Source of the DNA: Idiomarina loihiensis L2TR
Lineage (GTDB): Bacteria > Pseudomonadota > Gammaproteobacteria > Enterobacterales > Alteromonadaceae
Length of the DNA stretch: 32,000 nucleotides
NCBI RefSeq assembly: GCF_000008465.1
Contig: NC_006512.1
Location: 1,860,001 to 1,892,000, forward strand
Direction: 5' to 3'
A program made the position numbers and the translations under genes. The notes beneath the pieces are model-generated. The model searched no databases. It saw only the letters and a list, made by a program, of their open reading frames with translations, and was not told where the DNA came from. Below are positions 9,511 to 19,125 of this stretch, piece by piece; the first letter of the stretch is position 1; every line of letters begins with the position of its first letter.

Positions 9511-9538
9511 ATTCTAGCGATGTTGGCAATAATGTCAA
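9511..9538 (-). promoter_or_regulatory. Sigma70 promoter of the tRNA-Ser/Arg/Arg operon
   Basis: Minus strand reads TTGACA (9533-9538), 16 nt, TAGAAT (9511-9516), then a GC-rich discriminator TCACGCC. An AT-rich UP-like tract (TTTTTAAAAAAG) lies upstream. Confidence 0.55.
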
Positions 9539-9618
9539 TCGCTTTTTTAAAAACTAGGGTTTAAGTGTGGGATAATTGACCATCTCGCGTGATTTTTCTT
9601 CAGAATGCTCAAAAACAT

Positions 9619-9644
9619 AAAAAAAGACCGGCTTTCGCCGGTCT
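9619..9644 (-). terminator. Rho-independent terminator of csrA
   Basis: Minus strand: AGACCGGC-GAAA-GCCGGTCT followed by T7, starting 12 nt after the csrA stop. Confidence 0.85.
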
Positions 9645-9655
9645 TGTCTAATCAC

Positions 9656-9844
9656 TTATTCTTTGTCTTGCTCATCGTCTTTCTCAGACTGAATGCGCAT
9701 GTATATTTCTTCGCGATGAACGGAAACGTCTTTCGGGGCATTAACACCAATACGTACTTGGTTTCCCTTAACGCCGAGAACGGTGACCGAAACATCATCA
9801 CCTATCATTAATGTTTCACCTACACGGCGAGTTAAAATTAGCAT
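9656..9844 (-). CDS. csrA: Carbon storage regulator CsrA
   Basis: [48 protein letters not shown] is near-identical to E. coli CsrA. ATG at 9844 is preceded by AAGGAG. The track's longer version begins at an upstream TTG that lies inside the RBS. Confidence 0.97.
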   Translation of the reverse strand: MLILTRRVGETLMIGDDVSVTVLGVKGNQVRIGVNAPKDVSVHREEIYMRIQSEKDDEQDKE

Positions 9845-9990
9845 AGATTGCTCCTTCAATACTGTTCCGATTCTTACCGCGAATATCGAACTTTCCCTGA
9901 TTGGCGTAAGCAGTCTACCAACACTGAGAGTGATTACACTATAACGAAGCGCATATTTCTTCGTTGTGTTTTAATCGCTTACAGAGACAG

Positions 9991-12588
9991 CTAAAGCTGT
10001 TGCTGTAACCAAGTCGTCGCAGTAGCCAACGCTTCATTTAGCTGTTCCGGGAGTGAACCACCTGCCTGCGCCATATCAGGACGACCTCCGCCTTTGCCTC
10101 CAACGACATTTGCAGCCTGATTCACGATATCTCCTGCTTTAACTTTAGACGTTAAATCGGTAGTAACGCCAGCAATTAAACTGACTTTATCACCGTTTGC
10201 AGTTCCCAATAATACGATACCTGAGCCCATTTGGTTCTTCAGATCATCAACTAATCCGCGCAAAGATTTCGGGTCTGCCTGATCTAACTCTGCAATGATT
10301 GCTTTAACCCCATTAATATCAACAGCCTGAGCGATTAATCCACCACCGGCCTGCTGTGCCAGCTTTTGTTGCAGTTGCTCGTTTTTACGCTCTAATTCAC
10401 GGAACTTATGCTGTAACTGCTGGACTTTTTCGGCCACAGAACTTGGTTCTGTTTTCAACTCTCCGGCAATTTGCTGCAATACACTTTGTTGTTGTTGAGT
10501 ATATCGTACGGCTGCTTCTCCGGTTACCACTTCAATACGACGCACACCCGAAGCGATACCGCCCTCCGACGTTATTCTGAATAAGCCGATATCGCCTGTA
10601 GCTTTGACATGAGTACCGCCACAAAGCTCCATGGAGAAGTCTCCCATGCGTACAACTCGTACTTGCTCGTCATACTTTTCGCCGAACAAGGCCATTGCGC
10701 CCGCTTCTTTTGCTTCATCAATGGCCATAAGCTGTGTTTGCAGTGGCAGATTAGCGCGAACTTGAGCATTTACCTCACGCTCTAACTGAGCCAATTGCTC
10801 TGTCGTCACTGGTTCAAAGTGCGAGAAATCAAAACGCATTTTGTCCGCTTCGACCAAAGAACCTTTTTGTGTAACGTGCTCGCCCAGCAGATTTCTAAGC
10901 GCTGCATGCAGCAAATGCGTTGCCGAGTGGTTGCGTTTAATATTCTCACGACGCTCAGAATCAATTTCGGCTTTTACGCTGTCGCTGAGCTTAACCGCAG
11001 CTTTCGCTACGCCGTGGTGCGCTATAGCTTTACCAATATACTGAGTATCGGTCACTTCAAATGCTGGTCCGTTGGCAACCAAAACACCTTTGTCACCGAT
11101 TTGACCACCACTTTCTGCATAAAATGGAGTTTCTGATAAAACCACAATGCCGTTTTCGCCCGCCTGCAACTGCTCTACTGGCTTACCATCTTTAAATAAC
11201 TCGACCACTTTTGCCTGCCCGACAACGTCATCGTAACCGGTAAATGCGGTTTTATTGTCAGACTTAAGCTGTTGATTATAATCCATGCCAAACTGAGAAG
11301 CCTGCTGAGCCCGCTGACGTTGCTCTGACATCGCCTGTTCGAAGCCTTGCTCATCAATTGTCAATTCCTGCTCACGGGCAATATCCGCGGTTAAGTCAAC
11401 CGGAAAGCCATAAGTGTCATAGAGTTTGAAGACCACGTCGCCCGGTATAACATTACCTTTTAGCTCGCCAATTTCGTCTGACAAAATCGCCAAACCACGC
11501 TCCAGCGTGCGCGCAAACTGCTGCTCTTCGCGTTCCAGGGCGTCTTTAATAATTTGCTTTTTCTGCTCCAGCTCAGGATACGCTTCGCCCATCTGGCGAG
11601 CCAGTTCGTCTACCAAACGGAAAAAGAAAGTGTCTTTAGCGCCCAGTAAGTGCCCGTGTCGCACAGCTCTACGTATTATACGGCGCAGAACATAACCACG
11701 GCCTTCGTTTGATGGCATAACACCATCGGTAATCAAGAAGGAGCATGAACGAATGTGATCGGCAATAACTCGCAATGATTTATTATCCAGGTCATTGGTG
11801 CCAATAATTTCAGCTGCCGCTTTAATCAGCGCCTGGAACAAATCAATTTCATAGTTACTGTGAACGTTCTGCATAATGGCAGAAATACGCTCCAGCCCCA
11901 TACCCGTATCAATGGAGGGATCAGGCAAGGGTTCCAGGGTACCGTCAGCCTGACGGTTATACTGCATAAAGACCAGGTTCCAAATCTCGATGTACCGATC
12001 ACCGTCTTCTTCAGGGGTTCCCGGCGGGCCGCCCCATACTTCTTCACCGTGGTCATAAAACACTTCAGAGCATGGCCCACAAGGCCCGGTATCACCCATA
12101 GACCAGAAGTTATCTTTTTCACCAATGCGCGAAATACGGTCTTCCGGTACGCCAATATCTTTGACCCAGATGTCGTAGGCTTCATCATCTTCGGTGAACA
12201 CCGTAACCCAGAGCTTTTCAGCAGGCAGTTTCAACTCTTTGGTTAAAAAGTCCCAGGCGTACTGAATGGCTTGTTTCTTAAAGTAGTCACCAAAACTGAA
12301 GTTACCCATCATTTCAAAGAAAGTATGATGACGGGCTGTATACCCAACATTTTCTAAATCGTTATGTTTACCACCGGCACGCAGACAACGCTGCGCCGAC
12401 GTGGCTTTATCATAACGACGTTTATCAGTACCCAGGAAAACGTCTTTAAATGGAACCATACCCGCATTGGTAAATAACAAGGTGGGATCGTTACCGGGGA
12501 TCATTGATGCTGACGGAACTTTTTCGTGTCCTCGCTCAGCAAAGTAATTTAAAAATGCATCACGAATTTGGGCACTGTTCATGCTCAT
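9991..12588 (-). CDS. alaS: Alanine--tRNA ligase
   Basis: Class II AlaRS blocks ([47 protein letters not shown]), the editing-domain HxxxH/CxxxH region and a C-terminal DHHA1-like tail. 865 aa. Confidence 0.98.
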   Translation of the reverse strand: MSMNSAQIRDAFLNYFAERGHEKVPSASMIPGNDPTLLFTNAGMVPFKDVFLGTDKRRYDKATSAQRCLRAGGKHNDLENVGYTARHHTFFEMMGNFSFGDYFKKQAIQYAWDFLTKELKLPAEKLWVTVFTEDDEAYDIWVKDIGVPEDRISRIGEKDNFWSMGDTGPCGPCSEVFYDHGEEVWGGPPGTPEEDGDRYIEIWNLVFMQYNRQADGTLEPLPDPSIDTGMGLERISAIMQNVHSNYEIDLFQALIKAAAEIIGTNDLDNKSLRVIADHIRSCSFLITDGVMPSNEGRGYVLRRIIRRAVRHGHLLGAKDTFFFRLVDELARQMGEAYPELEQKKQIIKDALEREEQQFARTLERGLAILSDEIGELKGNVIPGDVVFKLYDTYGFPVDLTADIAREQELTIDEQGFEQAMSEQRQRAQQASQFGMDYNQQLKSDNKTAFTGYDDVVGQAKVVELFKDGKPVEQLQAGENGIVVLSETPFYAESGGQIGDKGVLVANGPAFEVTDTQYIGKAIAHHGVAKAAVKLSDSVKAEIDSERRENIKRNHSATHLLHAALRNLLGEHVTQKGSLVEADKMRFDFSHFEPVTTEQLAQLEREVNAQVRANLPLQTQLMAIDEAKEAGAMALFGEKYDEQVRVVRMGDFSMELCGGTHVKATGDIGLFRITSEGGIASGVRRIEVVTGEAAVRYTQQQQSVLQQIAGELKTEPSSVAEKVQQLQHKFRELERKNEQLQQKLAQQAGGGLIAQAVDINGVKAIIAELDQADPKSLRGLVDDLKNQMGSGIVLLGTANGDKVSLIAGVTTDLTSKVKAGDIVNQAANVVGGKGGGRPDMAQAGGSLPEQLNEALATATTWLQQQL

Positions 12589-12669
12589 ATTGAGTCCTAC
12601 TTTTCTTAACTGAGTGACTTTAGGTCAATGTTTTAATGCTCTAAGACTATCACGAAGTAGCCTTCTAGC

Positions 12670-13137
12670 CTAGCGTCGTGGTCGATTGACGCAAGCGAAA
12701 ATTTGCTCCGGGGTAAAGCCTCGCTGCTGCAAAAAGCGAACCTGCCGACTCCACTCTTTTTCATCGGCCGGGTCATCATCGCCAAACTTTTTCTGCTTCA
12801 GCTCTGCACACAATTCAAACCAGTCGACTTCCATGGATTCGAGCACATCCTCAACAATTTCCGTAGCAACGCCTTTTTGTTGAGTGGCCTGCGCCATGAT
12901 TTTTAATCGCCCCTGTTTTTGCCCTACTTTTTCACGAATAAAGCTACCGGCAAAGCGTTCATCACTCTGCCAGCCTTCCTGTTTAAGTTCGTCAACAACG
13001 CGGTTAACCATTTCTGCAGGCCATTGCTTCTGGATTAATTTACGCTTTAATTCAGTTCTGCTTTGCTCCCGCATTGCCAGCAACCGAAAAGCACTGTCAC
13101 GCAGTGCTTTTTCGTCATACTCTGAACTTTCGTCCAT
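12670..13137 (-). CDS. recX: Regulatory protein RecX
   Basis: 155-aa helical repeat protein (AFRLLAMREQSRTELKRKL...) directly upstream of alaS, as in enterics. ATG with GGAG 8 nt upstream. Confidence 0.85.
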   Translation of the reverse strand: MDESSEYDEKALRDSAFRLLAMREQSRTELKRKLIQKQWPAEMVNRVVDELKQEGWQSDERFAGSFIREKVGQKQGRLKIMAQATQQKGVATEIVEDVLESMEVDWFELCAELKQKKFGDDDPADEKEWSRQVRFLQQRGFTPEQIFACVNRPRR

Positions 13138-13187
13138 GGTCTATACTCCAACACCTAACTATGGAATTTGGTCTAAGGATGCTTAAT

Positions 13188-13907
13188 ATGACTCAGAGTA
13201 ATTCAAAATCAAGGTTTCTCTTCATTTGTCTTGTCTTTCTCACGGCAGGATTTACCACTTTCGCTCAAGCAGACGAGCGTACCTTATCAATATCCGGCAG
13301 CGGCAGTGTTTCTGCAATTCCTGATCAGATGTCACTGACTTTCTGGATAGAAGAACGCGGGAATAAACTCAGCTCACAAAAAACATTAGTCGATAACACC
13401 ACTACCCGCTTAATTAAAGATCTGAATAGTAAAGGTATAGAAGATAAAGATATTCGTTCTTACCAATTACAAATTTACCCTCGCTATGAACAAAACGATG
13501 ACGGGAAAACAGAGCAAGATGGCTTTGTGGTTCAACGCGAAGTTCAGGTCACTTTGTTAGAGCCTGAGAACTACGACAGTATTATCGATCTGGCGCTTGC
13601 GCGCGGCGTCACTCGCGTAGGCCAGGTTAAGTTTGAAATTAGTGATCAGCAGGGTTTGTATCAACAAGCATTGATTAACGCTTATGAACAAGCAAAAAAT
13701 AAGGCCGAACGCCTGGCCACGGCTGCGGGTCTCGAGCTGACGGGAACATTAAGTATCGCTGAACGCTCTATGTCACGCCCGGTGGTTATGCAAATGGCAG
13801 AAATGAGCAGCCGCTCAGATAAAGTGTCATTACCTGGTCAGCAAACTATTGAGGCACAAGTAGAGGTTATATTCTCAACCAAAACTCAGTCGGATTCTGA
13901 CAATTAA
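13188..13907 (+). CDS. SIMPL/DUF541 (YggE-like) periplasmic protein
   Basis: Signal peptide ends AQA/DE. The SISGSGSVSAIPDQ opening and the rest of the sequence fit the SIMPL pattern. Start moved to ATG 13188 (TAAGGA upstream), because the track start would overlap recX. Confidence 0.8.
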   Translation: MTQSNSKSRFLFICLVFLTAGFTTFAQADERTLSISGSGSVSAIPDQMSLTFWIEERGNKLSSQKTLVDNTTTRLIKDLNSKGIEDKDIRSYQLQIYPRYEQNDDGKTEQDGFVVQREVQVTLLEPENYDSIIDLALARGVTRVGQVKFEISDQQGLYQQALINAYEQAKNKAERLATAAGLELTGTLSIAERSMSRPVVMQMAEMSSRSDKVSLPGQQTIEAQVEVIFSTKTQSDSDN

Positions 13908-13942
13908 ATCGTTGCTATGTTGAGTACTCGGAGTAAAATGGC

Positions 13943-15823
13943 TTGCTAATTAACGTTTTTATAACAGAAAGAGTCATTTTGTTCCGAAAATTTCAGAGTT
14001 TTTTATTGATTACCTTGCTAGCTGTCACTTCATTAGTTTCGGCTCAGGAGTGGCAGCAGCAACGTATAGATGCCAGTAGCAACCCGGATGCCTGGATAAA
14101 AAAGACCTCTGAATTAATAAAGCAGTACGATAACCAGCGCCAGTATGAAGAACTGGCAATGGCTTACGCACTGCAAGTTGAAGCCTATAGATATTCCGGC
14201 CACGAGAGTAAAGCGCATGCAGCCATAGATGAAGGTCTGCGCTTTGCTGAATTAGCCGATTCAAAAACAGCAAAAACTCTGCTGAGAATTAACCAAACAT
14301 GGTATTTCTTACAACGAGGTCAACTTCGCCAGGCCAACACCAGCGTTATCTATGCAAGAGAAAACGCCAAGGCCTCAGGTAATAGCGATTTACAAATAGA
14401 AGCAGACATACTTCACGCGCAAGTGATGCAGAATACAGGGGATATAGCCCATGCACTGCAAACTCTTGAGCAGCTCAATCGTAATGCCTACACGGCACAC
14501 CCCAGGTTGCAGGTAGAATTTCACGCTTTAATTGGTTCTATTTATCTTGATGTTGGGGCAAACGATATTGGTTTAGAGCACATTCAGAATGCGCTCGACA
14601 TCAGCAGAGAACATTTAGGTCAATGGGATGTTTCGGTACTCGAGTACAATTTAGCCACAGCCTATCAAGCCGCCGAAAATGATGAAAAAGCCAGACAGCA
14701 TTTCGAGACGGCTTTAGAAATCAGTAAAGCCATTAACGATGATCTTGGCGTCGCTTATGCCCTTTTCCAAATGGCCTCAATTGATATCAAAAACGAAAAT
14801 TATCAACGGGCCTTAGAACGCCTCAACAGAGCTATGCCGCAATTTAAGTCGGCCGGCGCCCACCCTATGGAAGCACAGAGTCGGCTAGCTATGGTGTCGG
14901 CTTATTTAGGTACCAACGAACTTGAAACAGCCTTCGCTCAACTAGAAGCTGCCAGTTCGGTTATTAACACATTAGCTGATAATCAATTATATCAGACCCT
15001 GAATGAGCGCTGGTCTGAGTATTATCAGAGTAAAGAAAATTACAAGGCTGCTCTGGAGCGTTACAAAACTTCTGTCAATTATATGCAGAAAGTGCAGGAG
15101 CAAACTCAGGATAAACAAGTACAAGAAATTATGGTGCGCCTGGAAATTAAAGAGCAGGAGACCACCAATGAATTACTTAAAAAAGAAAATCAGTTGCAGC
15201 AGTTAGAACTGCAGGAGCAGCAAACCTCCTATTACCTGCTGGTGTGGATTATTATTTCAGGCCTTTTGGTGGTTATTATTGTTTCGGCTTTTCTGTATCA
15301 GCAATGGCGGGCTCGTAAAAACTTCGCCGAACTGGCATTAAAAGACGATTTAACTAACGCGCCGAATCGACGTGCCATTGTCCGTATATGCAAAAAAGGT
15401 CTGGAGCAAGCTCGCGAACAACAACGTCAGTTAGCCCTGGCCGTTGTCGACTTCGATTACTTTAAGGCAATAAATGATCAGTTCGGTCACGACGTTGGTG
15501 ACCGCGTATTACAACGTTTTGCAGAAGTTGCCAAACTCAGCCTGCGTGATCAGGACAACTTCGGTCGCCTGGGAGGCGAAGAATGGCTGTTGGTCTTTTT
15601 CGATGTCAGTAAAGAGGACGCGAAAAACATCTTCGAGCGCATTACCAAGGAAATGAACAGCAAGCCCATTAGCGGTTTGCCGGAAGATTACCGCATTACC
15701 TTCAGTATGGGCTTTACTAACGCTCACCCGGAAGATAGTTTTGATTCTCTTTATAAACGTGCGGATGATGTTTTATTCGAAGCTAAGGATAAAGGCCGGG
15801 AGCGCCTAGTCATCACTGATTAA
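13943..15823 (+). CDS. Diguanylate cyclase with N-terminal periplasmic TPR-like domain, coiled coil, one TM, and GGDEF domain (GGEEW variant)
   Basis: DFDYFKAINDQFGHDVGDRVL, RDQD-N5-GGEEW, and a TM helix YYLLVWIIISGLLVVIIVSAF before the GGDEF domain. The start is uncertain: TTG at 13943, or TTG at 13979 preceded by GAAAGAG. Confidence 0.9.
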   Translation: MLINVFITERVILFRKFQSFLLITLLAVTSLVSAQEWQQQRIDASSNPDAWIKKTSELIKQYDNQRQYEELAMAYALQVEAYRYSGHESKAHAAIDEGLRFAELADSKTAKTLLRINQTWYFLQRGQLRQANTSVIYARENAKASGNSDLQIEADILHAQVMQNTGDIAHALQTLEQLNRNAYTAHPRLQVEFHALIGSIYLDVGANDIGLEHIQNALDISREHLGQWDVSVLEYNLATAYQAAENDEKARQHFETALEISKAINDDLGVAYALFQMASIDIKNENYQRALERLNRAMPQFKSAGAHPMEAQSRLAMVSAYLGTNELETAFAQLEAASSVINTLADNQLYQTLNERWSEYYQSKENYKAALERYKTSVNYMQKVQEQTQDKQVQEIMVRLEIKEQETTNELLKKENQLQQLELQEQQTSYYLLVWIIISGLLVVIIVSAFLYQQWRARKNFAELALKDDLTNAPNRRAIVRICKKGLEQAREQQRQLALAVVDFDYFKAINDQFGHDVGDRVLQRFAEVAKLSLRDQDNFGRLGGEEWLLVFFDVSKEDAKNIFERITKEMNSKPISGLPEDYRITFSMGFTNAHPEDSFDSLYKRADDVLFEAKDKGRERLVITD

Positions 15824-16869
15824 AGCTCATCTGTCTTAAATTTAGGCAGGTTATGACTGATACAATGCAAACCACCGCCCCCTAAAACAAATTCGCGAGC
15901 ATCAATGGCAATAACCTTTCGCTCCGGAAGAGCTTCGCGAACAGTCCGCACGGCTTGAGCGTCTGTGGTTAACCCAAATTGAGGTACCACAACCAGTTTA
16001 CTCGTTTGCAAAACATTCACATAACTGCACAGTAAAGGCAGTTCAACGGTACGTTTTAAGCTTGACGATGTAAGTTCAACCCCCGCTCTTTCTTCACGAG
16101 CTGGCAGTTGTGGAGGCGGCAAAGGTAAAGGAATGGTTTGAATGTAAGCAGGCAGTTTATCCAGTTGTTTTTTAAGCGCCTGGCAGGTTTTATAATCCGG
16201 ATGCGCTGTATTATCAGTGGCAGCATAAAGCACAGTATTTGCGTCAACGAATAACGCCATATTATCAATATGCCCGCCCGTTTCATCAGCAACCAATCCA
16301 CCATCAAAAAAGTGCAAACGTTGCCCGGGCAACAACTGACCTAATAACGACTTTATCTGCGGCTCTGTCATTGCCGGGTTTCGCTGCTTAATACAGGCCA
16401 GACCAATTAGCCAGTCACCCTGGCCGTTGTGCGTAAAAGCACCGCCTTCAGCAATAAGCAGGCTATTTGTTACTGGACACATCAAGCGAGAACACAGGCT
16501 TTGACTAAAGGCTTTATCAGCAGCAATAACATTCTGGACACCACCCCAGCCATCAAAATCAAAAGACAATGCCGCCAACTGACCGTCGCTATTTAACTGC
16601 CACAGTGGTGTAGTATCGCGTAGCCAGATATCGTCATAATCCAGCTCTATGCGCTGAACGGATTTAAGTGCCTCGGGTACACTGTCGCTTATGCTCGCAG
16701 GAACAACGAGCGAAACCGGCGTGTTATCAGGCAATTGTTTTATTAGCTTTATGAGAGCGTCTCGAGCTGGATCCGCATGCTTACGCCAGACATCACTCCG
16801 GTATGGCCAGGCCAGCAACAAGCGCTGGTTTTCCATAAAATCAGGTAACCAGCGGGCAGTAGTGGTCAC
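15820..16869 (-). CDS. Agmatine deiminase family (PAD_porph / guanidino-group modifying enzyme) protein
   Basis: DIWLRDTTP, TGGHIDN and the C-terminal catalytic-Cys block GGGGLHCISHN. GTG start directly abuts the rluB stop. Confidence 0.75.
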   Translation of the reverse strand: MTTTARWLPDFMENQRLLLAWPYRSDVWRKHADPARDALIKLIKQLPDNTPVSLVVPASISDSVPEALKSVQRIELDYDDIWLRDTTPLWQLNSDGQLAALSFDFDGWGGVQNVIAADKAFSQSLCSRLMCPVTNSLLIAEGGAFTHNGQGDWLIGLACIKQRNPAMTEPQIKSLLGQLLPGQRLHFFDGGLVADETGGHIDNMALFVDANTVLYAATDNTAHPDYKTCQALKKQLDKLPAYIQTIPLPLPPPQLPAREERAGVELTSSSLKRTVELPLLCSYVNVLQTSKLVVVPQFGLTTDAQAVRTVREALPERKVIAIDAREFVLGGGGLHCISHNLPKFKTDEL

Positions 16870-17730
16870 TTACTTACCCCGTCGTTTACTCTGTTTTTTA
16901 TCCAGTCTGTGGCGGGCGGTGGCTTTACGAATTTTCGCAAAACGACGCTGTTTAGACTCTTCATGACGAGGGTCGAGAAACGACTCTTTTTCCGCCGGTA
17001 AGTTAACCTGAGCTCTTAACGCATTGACCTGAGGCAATGACATTTCCGCCCAGCCACCTTGCGGTAAACCGGGTTCCAGAGGAATATCGCCATAGCGAAC
17101 ACGGATAAGACGACTGACCTGCACTTCCTGCGACTCCCACAAGCGGCGAACTTCACGATTACGCCCTTCACTGATGGTCACGTGGAACCAGCGGTTCATG
17201 CCATCACCACCGGCAGGCTTTATGCTATTGAAATGCGCAGGGCCATCTTCCAGTTGCACACCTTTTCTCAGGCGTTGCATCATGGCTTCATCCACGTCAC
17301 CAAACACCCGTACCGCGTATTCACGTTCAACCTGCTGGCTGGGGTGCATCAGGCGATTAGCAAGCTCACCGTCGGTAGTAAATAACAACAGACCCGAGGT
17401 ATTCACGTCAAGCCGCCCCACAGCGACCCAACGCGCACCGCTCATTCTTGGCAAGCGGTCATAAACGGTCGGCCGTCCCTCCGGATCCTTGCGCGTACAC
17501 AATTCACCCTCGGGCTTGTGGTAAATCAGAACTCGGCAAATGACCTCTTCTTCAGGTTTAATCTGAACTTCGTGGCCATCAATGCGTACTTTTGCGTCGG
17601 CATCAATACGCTCACCCAATTGTGCTACTTTGCCGTTCACACGAATTCGGCCGGCTGAAATTTTTGTTTCAATTTCGCGGCGCGAACCATGTCCAGATCG
17701 GGCTAAAACCTTTTGTAATTTCTCGGTCAT
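16870..17730 (-). CDS. rluB: 23S rRNA pseudouridine(2605) synthase
   Basis: [21 protein letters not shown] (S4 domain) and [26 protein letters not shown] are near-identical to E. coli RluB. Basic C-terminal tail. Confidence 0.95.
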   Translation of the reverse strand: MTEKLQKVLARSGHGSRREIETKISAGRIRVNGKVAQLGERIDADAKVRIDGHEVQIKPEEEVICRVLIYHKPEGELCTRKDPEGRPTVYDRLPRMSGARWVAVGRLDVNTSGLLLFTTDGELANRLMHPSQQVEREYAVRVFGDVDEAMMQRLRKGVQLEDGPAHFNSIKPAGGDGMNRWFHVTISEGRNREVRRLWESQEVQVSRLIRVRYGDIPLEPGLPQGGWAEMSLPQVNALRAQVNLPAEKESFLDPRHEESKQRRFAKIRKATARHRLDKKQSKRRGK

Positions 17731-18302
17731 TACGAATCATCTCTCTCGTTAGTCGCTGTCTCAGCGGTACGTTCATCATCTTCATTAAGTGTGTCGATAT
17801 CAGGTAATTCTGATAAGTCACTTAAATTAAAATCATCTAAAAAATCGTTAGTGCTGGCATAAAGCTGAGGTCTTCCCGGCACTTCTTTGTGCCCTACAAC
17901 CTTAACCCAGCCTCGTTCCTGCAGTGTCTTCATTATTTGGCTACTGACACTTACACCGCGTATTTGTTCAATTTCACCACGCGTAATGGGCTGCCGGTAA
18001 ACAATTAATGCCAAAGTTTCCAGCAAAGCGTTTGAGTAACGAGGCGGTTTTTCCTGCCAAAGCCCGGCTAACCTCTGACCCAGCTCGGCCCGGGTTTGAA
18101 AACGGTAGCCGGAAGCCACTTTTACCAACTCAATACCACGTTCCTGATAGTCTGACTGCAACTCTTTAAGTTGCTGCCTTATGGCCGCCAGCGAGGCCTC
18201 GCCTTCATTCAGCAACAGCTGATACAGCTGCTCAGCCGATAACGGCTGCGGATGCGCAAACAAGGCCGCTTCAATAAGTTGTTTAAGCTGTAACGGATTC
18301 AT
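17730..18302 (-). CDS. scpB: Segregation and condensation protein B
   Basis: ScpB winged-helix pattern ([13 protein letters not shown]...[12 protein letters not shown]). Overlaps scpA by 20 nt and rluB by 1 nt. Confidence 0.9.
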   Translation of the reverse strand: MNPLQLKQLIEAALFAHPQPLSAEQLYQLLLNEGEASLAAIRQQLKELQSDYQERGIELVKVASGYRFQTRAELGQRLAGLWQEKPPRYSNALLETLALIVYRQPITRGEIEQIRGVSVSSQIMKTLQERGWVKVVGHKEVPGRPQLYASTNDFLDDFNLSDLSELPDIDTLNEDDERTAETATNERDDS

Positions 18303-19098
18303 CTTGATTGTGCTGTCTCAAACTCAGGCGAATATCACTCATAGGCTCTACTTGTGACAATTCTACCATTGATTCTTTCACAAGTTCCAAAATTGCTAAA
18401 AAACTGACCACAGCTCCGGCGCGACCTTCTTTTCGGGTAAAGAGCTGGCTAAAAGAAACGTACTTTTTATGGCTCAACAACTCCAGTACCTGACTCATCC
18501 TCGCTCGTGTCGATAGTTGCTCGCGCTTTATCTGGTGGTGAGCTTTTAACTCCACTTGCTGTAACACTCGACTAAAAGCAAGAGTTAAGTCTTCAAGAGT
18601 CACTTCCGGAGGTGCAGCCGTTAACCACTCGCGTGCATTACTGCCAACCTCACTCAATAAAATGTCCCGCCCCACCTGCGGTTGCTGATCAATATATTCA
18701 GCACCCTGGCGTATCGCCTCATATTCCTGTAGGCGTCTTATAAGTTCCGCTCTAGGGTCTTCTTCCTCATCCTCTTCCTGAGGCGGTTTCGGCAACAGCA
18801 AACGGCTTTTTATTTCGGCCAGAATGGCCGCCATCACTAAATAATCGGCGGCAAGCTCCAGCTTCAGCTCTTGCATCATGTCCACATACTCAACATATTG
18901 CCGGGTAATAGCCAGAATAGGCATGTCCACAATATCGAGCTTTTGTTTGCGAATTAAATACAACAAGAGATCCATCGGACCACTGAAAGTATCGAGTATA
19001 ACTTCCAGCGCATCCGGTGGTATATAGAGGTCTTCAGGCTTTTCTATAACCGGTTCGCCGCGAACAAAGCCTAAAGGCAGTGACTGTTGTTCCGCCAT
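18283..19098 (-). CDS. scpA: Segregation and condensation protein A (kleisin)
   Basis: FSGPMDLLLYLIRKQKLDIVDMPILAITRQY...YLVMAAILAEIKSRLLLP is the canonical ScpA N-terminal block. Confidence 0.9.
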   Translation of the reverse strand: MAEQQSLPLGFVRGEPVIEKPEDLYIPPDALEVILDTFSGPMDLLLYLIRKQKLDIVDMPILAITRQYVEYVDMMQELKLELAADYLVMAAILAEIKSRLLLPKPPQEEDEEEDPRAELIRRLQEYEAIRQGAEYIDQQPQVGRDILLSEVGSNAREWLTAAPPEVTLEDLTLAFSRVLQQVELKAHHQIKREQLSTRARMSQVLELLSHKKYVSFSQLFTRKEGRAGAVVSFLAILELVKESMVELSQVEPMSDIRLSLRQHNQDESVTA

Positions 19099-19125
19099 AA
19101 TTAAACCGAGTGCCTGTCTAACTGA

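Noticed and set aside
9605-9811. 68-aa plus-strand ORF opposite csrA.
   Set aside because: It is antisense to one of the most conserved small genes known and begins within the csrA terminator. Nothing supports it independently.
9943-9965. Hairpin AACGAAG-N9-CTTCGTT just downstream of alaS, considered as an alaS terminator.
   Set aside because: It has only a 7-bp stem with a 9-nt loop and no U-tract on the minus strand. At best it is a leaky terminator or an RNA processing site ahead of the csrA promoters.
13074-13187. Upstream extension of the SIMPL ORF overlapping the recX start.
   Set aside because: The extension lacks signal-peptide logic and overlaps recX. ATG 13188 has TAAGGA upstream and yields a canonical signal peptide.
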